In this document: in pieces, positions 39,077 to 43,393 of the stretch
Position numbering within the stretch: position 1 is the stretch's first letter
Layout: every line of letters begins with the position of its first letter
Translations under genes and position numbers: made by a program
Virus record (IMG/VR): IMGVR_UViG_3300045988_070547
Span: 1 to 43,393 of that record
Reading direction: 5' to 3' (one strand)
Origin: a virus
DNA: 43,393 nucleotides
The notes under the pieces: model-generated
Told to the model about the DNA's origin: nothing
Seen by the model: only the letters and a program-made list of their open reading frames with translations
The model's database searches: none

Positions 39077-39103
39077 AAGAAAAGCGGGGCCTCATTCGCC
39101 CCG
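39077..39103 (-). terminator. Rho-independent terminator after the lysis cassette
   Basis: Minus strand GCGGGGC-gaatga-GCCCCGC followed by TTTTCTTAT, 9 nt after the lysin stop. Confidence 0.65.
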
Positions 39104-39111
39104 CCACACCG

Positions 39112-39816
39112 CTATTTCAAGCGAATCCGCACATATACTGTTCTGTTTTCGTACTTCTGTTTTCTCTTTGGTCCGAGGTTTTTCGGCTTCACGTCCGAAC
39201 CTCCTGCCGAATACCATAAGGCGTGTCCGTTCTTATCTTTGCCGACATACACCATCGTGTGAGGTTTATTGGCAAATCCGCAAATGTCCCCAGGTTTCAG
39301 TTTCGCTTGTCTCCACTTCTTTCGAGGGTATGCGACTTTCGCCTTTTTCTTGATAATGTCTTTCCCCGTTCCGTGAATCTTCGTATCAAGCCAAATGTAT
39401 TTTCCCTTTGGAAGAACGCCGATTTCCTGTAGCCCGAAAGAGATAAAGGTCGCACAATTCGTTCTCTTTCCCTTCAACGCACTGGCCAAACTCTTACACG
39501 GATGATTAGCATTATACTTCACACCAGCTTTAATCAACTTATGTGCGATCACCTTAAGTTCCTTCAGAAGTTTGTCTGCCTTCGTACTCTTCGGAACGGA
39601 AACAAGACGGACATATTTCTGCCCTTTAGAATCCTTCCAAATAGTCCAACCTTTGAGTGCCGGAACGTAAATGTAGTATCCTTTAATCTTTGTGGCATGA
39701 ACCTTTGTTCCAACCGAAAGAGTTTTTTTCAGCTTCGACTTGTAAGACGGCTTCACCCGCAGTGGGTCCGCTTTGATAACAACGTACGTTCTGTTAATCT
39801 TCCTACTTTTTGCCAC
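39112..39816 (-). CDS. Second lysin: SH3-like N-domain plus Cys-His (NlpC/P60- or CHAP-like) peptidase domain
   Basis: GTG 39816 (VAKSRKINRTYVVIKADPLRV...) with GGGAAGG upstream. Trims the 306-aa track ORF, which otherwise overlaps the amidase. Catalytic candidates NCATF and HTMVYVG. Confidence 0.55.
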   Translation of the reverse strand: MAKSRKINRTYVVIKADPLRVKPSYKSKLKKTLSVGTKVHATKIKGYYIYVPALKGWTIWKDSKGQKYVRLVSVPKSTKADKLLKELKVIAHKLIKAGVKYNANHPCKSLASALKGKRTNCATFISFGLQEIGVLPKGKYIWLDTKIHGTGKDIIKKKAKVAYPRKKWRQAKLKPGDICGFANKPHTMVYVGKDKNGHALWYSAGGSDVKPKNLGPKRKQKYENRTVYVRIRLK

Positions 39817-40507
39817 GATACACCGCCTTCCCTTTACTGTTAAAAACAGAGTAACCGTTTTTATCGGCACATTTCTTAGCGTTGGTAAGACTGGTGAACG
39901 CTCCCTTCTGAGACTTTTCGTCCTTCCACGTTTTGCGGACACGGTACGTCTCTTTTGCCTTTGAAGCTTCCTTGAACGTAACTCCAAGATATTCACAAAT
40001 GCCCTTTGCGATTGCCTTTCCGTATGTGTCATACTTTTCCTTAAGCGTTGCTAAGTCACCCTTGATACTGCCTGTTTCAAGAATACAAGCGGTCATGTCC
40101 GTTCCGTTCAGTTCCCAAAGGTCTGTTCTTCTCTGAACGCCTCTGCTCTTCATTTTCAAGTCCTTCTTGATATGCTTTTCAAGGCACTTACCAAGCTTCT
40201 TACCGCTCGATGAAACGTACAAAGGCATAACACCCTTAGGCGCGCCGCTGTAGTCACAATGGATTGATACATAGAGCTTACACCCTACGCTGTTCGCCCA
40301 TCTTACATCCGCAATCATATTCTTGTTGTTTCCGTGGTCGGCATCCGAAATCACAGTCACGCCTGATTTGCGTAGGTACTTCACCGCCGCCTTTGTGATT
40401 TTGAGCATGAGAGCGGCTTCGCTATATCCCTTGTACACGCACCCTGAATCCCAAGAACCATCAGTACTTACACCGTGTCCGCACTGTACCGCAATTGTTT
40501 TACTCAT
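39803..40507 (-). CDS. N-acetylmuramoyl-L-alanine amidase (Amidase_3 type) endolysin with C-terminal wall-binding repeat
   Basis: ATG 40507 (MSKTIAVQCGHGVSTDG...) overlaps the holin stop (ATGAGTAA). ...VSIHCDYS...ACILETGSI.... C-terminus YRVRKTWKDEKSQKGAFTSLTNAKK. Confidence 0.8.
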   Translation of the reverse strand: MSKTIAVQCGHGVSTDGSWDSGCVYKGYSEAALMLKITKAAVKYLRKSGVTVISDADHGNNKNMIADVRWANSVGCKLYVSIHCDYSGAPKGVMPLYVSSSGKKLGKCLEKHIKKDLKMKSRGVQRRTDLWELNGTDMTACILETGSIKGDLATLKEKYDTYGKAIAKGICEYLGVTFKEASKAKETYRVRKTWKDEKSQKGAFTSLTNAKKCADKNGYSVFNSKGKAVYRGKK

Positions 40508-40847
40508 TCTCTTCACCTTCTTCGTCCACTTCGTCCTCTTCTTCTGCCAATTCGTAATCCTGTACTTCATCGTCAGTAAGTTCGATGTTCGGGCGAACAT
40601 TCAAACCGAGTGCCTGCTGAAAAGACTGATTCAGACCAACGGAAGCAAGACCCGATACTGCACCAACTACTACTGCGTCAAAAGTCATTCCTGTGGTAGC
40701 AATTCCGCAAACGATACCAACAATAAACAGTGCGGTAGGAATCCATTTGTTATCCATCGGAAGCCAACGCTTCATAACATATCCTACGCACAAACAAAAC
40801 GCCACAATCTGTGGTACAAAATACTGAGTGATAGTTGCCATGTCCAT
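40500..40847 (-). CDS. Holin (2-3 TM segments, very acidic C-terminal tail)
   Basis: 115 aa. Hydrophobic segments IVAFCLCVGYV, IPTALFIVGIVCGIA and AVVVGAVSGLASVGL. Immediately upstream of, and overlapping, the amidase. Confidence 0.7.
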   Translation of the reverse strand: MDMATITQYFVPQIVAFCLCVGYVMKRWLPMDNKWIPTALFIVGIVCGIATTGMTFDAVVVGAVSGLASVGLNQSFQQALGLNVRPNIELTDDEVQDYELAEEEDEVDEEGEENE

Positions 40848-40962
40848 CTTCTTGTTCCTCCAAAATCCGCCCTACATGGGCATTTATTTATATGAGTGAT
40901 AATTTATACCTTGAGTAATTTAAAAGCCGTTAGAACGCAAATATGAGCCGTACAGAGCTACA

Positions 40963-41280
40963 TCAGCGTTCTATTAGGTAGTTGGTCAATTCCTCTTTTG
41001 CCTGTCTCATCGCTTCGATGTCATTTCCATCAATCCCATGAGCAAGCAACGCCAAGAGAGCACGCTGTGTAATCGTGTTCCCATCTTCTAACTGATTCAG
41101 TCTTTCATAATCCGCAATTGCTTTTTTCTCAAGCTTTCCAATTCGTTCATCTTGTGTCTTATTTGGCTTCTGCATTCTATCGATACACTCCGCTATTACT
41201 TTTACTGCGGCTGATATAGCTACGATGGCACCCGCCAGCCACAAGATATCGCTTACCGTAAACATGATAGGCTGATTCAT
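40963..41280 (-). CDS. N-terminally membrane-anchored coiled-coil protein (105 aa), lysis-accessory candidate
   Basis: TGATG coupling to the fibre stop. TM helix ILWLAGAIVAISAAVKVIA. Located between fibre and holin. Confidence 0.45.
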   Translation of the reverse strand: MNQPIMFTVSDILWLAGAIVAISAAVKVIAECIDRMQKPNKTQDERIGKLEKKAIADYERLNQLEDGNTITQRALLALLAHGIDGNDIEAMRQAKEELTNYLIER

Positions 41281-42635
41281 CACGCCCTCCGTTCCCAGAT
41301 ATGCACTCCGTAATATCCTGGATGGTATGCTGTGTTTGCAAAACTTCCTGTTCCAGTGTCCGATATACTAGCGCCACCTGTTGTTTTACTATCTCTCTGT
41401 TCACCTGAAGGGCTACTGCTTGTAGCCGTGCGAACCATCGGCACCTTGTATTTAGCCCCACCATCAGCGAATCTACCGCCAAATGTCTCAAACTGCCACG
41501 TTTTCTGCGTTGCACACGTGTAATATCCCTTACTCGATACATTGTGAGTGTGCTTCATACCGTGCACATGTGGCGGAAGATTCGATGCTGTAATGACATG
41601 ATCTGTAGAACCACCTGTAGAACCGCCACCGCTCATAACCGCTTTGAGATAAACATCATCGGTAACGTGGTGCCATGTTCCACCGAAAACCTCTTCCGGA
41701 TTGAAGTTATCATCACTTGTCATGTATACAGAGCCGACCGGGTAAACCTTCTCGTACAGCTGGTCTTTAATGGCACCCATGATGGAGTCAACATCAAGAC
41801 TCAGCTTTGTTCCGCCTGTAGAGTCTGCATTACAGTTTACGTACACGCCGCCTTTAAGGTACAAGTTACCGTCCCAATCAAGAGCATAGGCGTTAGATTT
41901 GTTCAGAATGTCTGCTCCGTTACCCACAATGTCCGCAAACTTGTTAGCCTCATCAATAACATTGTGCTTGCCCTGTACGTGCTGATATTCCCCGGCGGCT
42001 TCCGTGCCATAACCTTCTGCATGGGACGATGGTCCTGTCGCCCAAGAGCCTGTTCCTTCTGCATGAGAACCTGGACCGTTGGCTCTCGTTTGGGAACCTT
42101 CTACGTGAGACCACAATCCGCTTGCTTTCGTTTGAATTCCTTCTGCGTGAGAACTATCTCCGAGAGCTTCGCACTGAGTCCCTTCCGCATGAGAATTTTC
42201 ACCCGTTGCTTTGGTTCTATCCCCACCAATGTCTGTTGCCGTGAGAACTATATCCGTATCGAGTGCCTTTTCGTTCACCTTCCGTGTAATCGGAACGTAC
42301 TTCGAGAAGTCGATAACAGCAAGTTTCACCCACTTGTCATTCGCATAAATGTATGAAGTGTACGCTGTCCCAGCTTCATTCATGACAAGGTACAGAATTC
42401 CTGGATCGCCAACTTCGGGGAGTTCATCAACAATCTTGTTCCCAACGATGTTCACCTGTAGATTGTTCAAATAATTATTGATTTCCTGTAGAGCCTTCGC
42501 CCATTTATCCGCAAGGTCTTTTTCTAAAGACCCTTCAAGGGCGGTAACTCGTCCGTTAAGGTACTTGTAGCCAACGTCACTTGAAACAACATATGTTTCC
42601 TCGTTGTCTCGTACCTCCATTCTTACATCAGACAT
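41280..42635 (-). CDS. Tail fibre / receptor-binding protein with six 14-aa SHAEG repeats and a C-terminal tip domain
   Basis: 451 aa, GAAGGAGGA SD. ENSHAEGTQCEALGDSSHAEGIQTKASGLWSHVEGSQTRANGPGSHAEGTGSWATGPSSHAEGYG. C-terminus YPVGSVYMTSDDNFNPEEVFGGTWHHV...PPHVHGMKHTHN. Confidence 0.7.
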   Translation of the reverse strand: MSDVRMEVRDNEETYVVSSDVGYKYLNGRVTALEGSLEKDLADKWAKALQEINNYLNNLQVNIVGNKIVDELPEVGDPGILYLVMNEAGTAYTSYIYANDKWVKLAVIDFSKYVPITRKVNEKALDTDIVLTATDIGGDRTKATGENSHAEGTQCEALGDSSHAEGIQTKASGLWSHVEGSQTRANGPGSHAEGTGSWATGPSSHAEGYGTEAAGEYQHVQGKHNVIDEANKFADIVGNGADILNKSNAYALDWDGNLYLKGGVYVNCNADSTGGTKLSLDVDSIMGAIKDQLYEKVYPVGSVYMTSDDNFNPEEVFGGTWHHVTDDVYLKAVMSGGGSTGGSTDHVITASNLPPHVHGMKHTHNVSSKGYYTCATQKTWQFETFGGRFADGGAKYKVPMVRTATSSSPSGEQRDSKTTGGASISDTGTGSFANTAYHPGYYGVHIWERRA

Positions 42636-43033
42636 ATTTCGTCCTCCTTCGTTCTTGGTGGAGCTTCTCTAAGACTTCCACCGACTGGTATCTGAACAAC
42701 CTTTGCACTGCATTTGTTGCCGTTCTCATCGCCCCATTTAAGCTGAACCTGAACTCCGCCTACTTGGAATCTCATTGTTTCTTCTGCCGTTAGGTGGCAT
42801 TTTACATTTGCACCGATTGTTCTGATTCCCGACATATAATGGTCGGGGTCGGGTTGAGATTCAAACTCTTCGGTAATGTCTTTGATTTCAAGCTCTTTAT
42901 TGTACTTTGTAATGCTTACTTCATTCTGCTGAAAGGTCACAAGAACGACTTTTTCTTCGCTCAAGGCGTTCCTGAACCTGTCTCCGTAAACATCTATTGA
43001 TACCGTGAAGGTATCACCTCTTACTATGGACAT
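42623..43033 (-). CDS. Small tail/baseplate-module protein (136 aa)
   Basis: ATG 43033 (MSIVRGDTFTVSIDVYG...) with AGGAGGTG SD. Beta-rich. Overlaps the fibre start by 13 nt. Confidence 0.5.
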   Translation of the reverse strand: MSIVRGDTFTVSIDVYGDRFRNALSEEKVVLVTFQQNEVSITKYNKELEIKDITEEFESQPDPDHYMSGIRTIGANVKCHLTAEETMRFQVGGVQVQLKWGDENGNKCSAKVVQIPVGGSLREAPPRTKEDEICLM

Positions 43034-43042
43034 ATTCACCTC

Positions 43043-43393
43043 CTACGCCGTTCTCTTCCACACATACACGGCTAAATACGGTGGCATGTTCTTTCCCGCT
43101 CCATCACTTCCTGTCCAGTCCGTACTACCAGCATATCTGAGTCCTGAGGCATCCGCATTTGAAGCATTCTTCTTACCAACAATCGCATACCGCGCACTGC
43201 TTGCTGTTGACGTTCCTACACGTACTCTTTCAACCGTGCCGCTCATATAAGTGTTAAATCCGTCACCAGTAGACGGTTGATGAAGGTGCTTCACCACTAC
43301 TGCGTCAGCAGAACCACCTGTGCTACCGGCGCCGTATGAGTTACCGGAAGCAAGAAGGAACGTGTCTTGAATCCGTTCCCACGACCCACCAAA
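43043..43393 (-). CDS. Same tail-fibre tip-domain gene, 3' part (43275-43393 duplicates 1-119)
   Basis: The frame stays open to the window end. Stop at 43043. Ends ...NMPPYLAVYVWKRTA. Confidence 0.75.
   Translation of the reverse strand, partial: FGGSWERIQDTFLLASGNSYGAGSTGGSADAVVVKHLHQPSTGDGFNTYMSGTVERVRVGTSTASSARYAIVGKKNASNADASGLRYAGSTDWTGSDGAGKNMPPYLAVYVWKRTA
43275..43393. repeat. Right copy of the 119-bp end overlap (identical to 1-119)
   Basis: Same as the left copy. Consistent with circular assembly closure or permutation. Confidence 0.95.

Larger units (their letters stand above)
1..43393. mobile_element. Complete circularly closed temperate phage genome (unique length 43,274 bp)
   Basis: Full set of packaging, head, tail, lysis, lysogeny and replication modules. 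Window ends overlap by an exact 119 bp. Tyrosine integrase and CI/Cro-type switch are present. Confidence 0.9.

Noticed and set aside
39817-40032. The N-terminal 72 codons of the 306-codon track ORF overlapping the amidase gene.
   Set aside because: The overlapping part is Arg/Lys/Thr-rich out-of-frame sequence of the amidase C-terminus. A GTG with an SD at 39816 gives a sensible SH3-like start immediately after the amidase.
43275-43393. The 119-bp end repeat, considered as biological direct terminal repeats or LTR-like element ends.
   Set aside because: It lies in the middle of a CDS that is restored by circularisation. Assembly overlap or circular permutation is more likely, but only read-terminus analysis can settle this.
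41280-43393. A diversity-generating retroelement acting on the duplicated fibre tip domains.
   Set aside because: There is no reverse transcriptase anywhere in the genome. The two tip-domain DNAs are diverged throughout rather than differing at adenine-specific positions.
1-43393. Stop-codon reassignment (TAG or TGA recoding), as seen in some gut phages.
   Set aside because: All large genes, including the 3,205-codon ORF, are intact under the standard code. The only place where a frame seems to continue through stops (17290-17534) uses TGA, TAG and TAA alike, which argues for decay rather than recoding.

Overview
The window is one complete, circularly closed genome of a temperate dsDNA phage. 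Bases 43275-43393 repeat bases 1-119 exactly, so the unique length is 43,274 bp, and the junction lies inside a tail gene. AGGAGG-type ribosome binding sites precede almost every gene. Together with a Prp-like protease, a DnaD/DnaC-type replication module and an Amidase_3 lysin, this points to a Firmicutes (Clostridia-like) host, but I cannot assign the host from sequence alone.

Most genes are on the minus strand. In transcription order the late genes are terS, terL, portal, Prp-like protease, scaffold, HK97-fold capsid, adaptor, a 667-aa nozzle-like protein and fibre genes. The order then crosses the junction to more fibre genes, a membrane protein, a holin, an amidase, an SH3+Cys-peptidase lysin and a terminator. 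After that come a 241-aa ORF, a 3,205-aa giant ORF (zincin HExxH plus C-terminal M23 peptidase), a small sigma-region-4-like protein and a second terminator. A self-contained 4-gene moron-like unit follows at 26772-28336.

The lysogeny module (CI-like repressor, tyrosine integrase, candidate attP) is on the plus strand. It faces a cro-led early operon that carries Rad52-like SSAP, NinB-like, SSB, a DnaD-like initiator with six 22-bp iterons, a DnaC-like loader, DUF1064, PAPS-reductase-like, DUF4406-like and MazG-like genes. A GC-rich plus-strand operon at 11.2-13.0 kb encodes an ArdA-like antirestriction protein, two acidic unknown proteins and an RHH protein.

The items most worth a second look:
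- the giant polyvalent-type ORF and its odd position after the lysis cassette
- two related purine-skewed, motif-dense tracts flanking the DnaC cassette
- the orphan moron cluster
- the ArdA island
- promoter/terminator-bounded small-RNA or leader candidates at 6.1-6.4 kb and 12.9-13.2 kb

I saw no rRNA, tRNA, CRISPR array or reverse transcriptase. All calls come from reading the sequence and translations by eye, with no database search.
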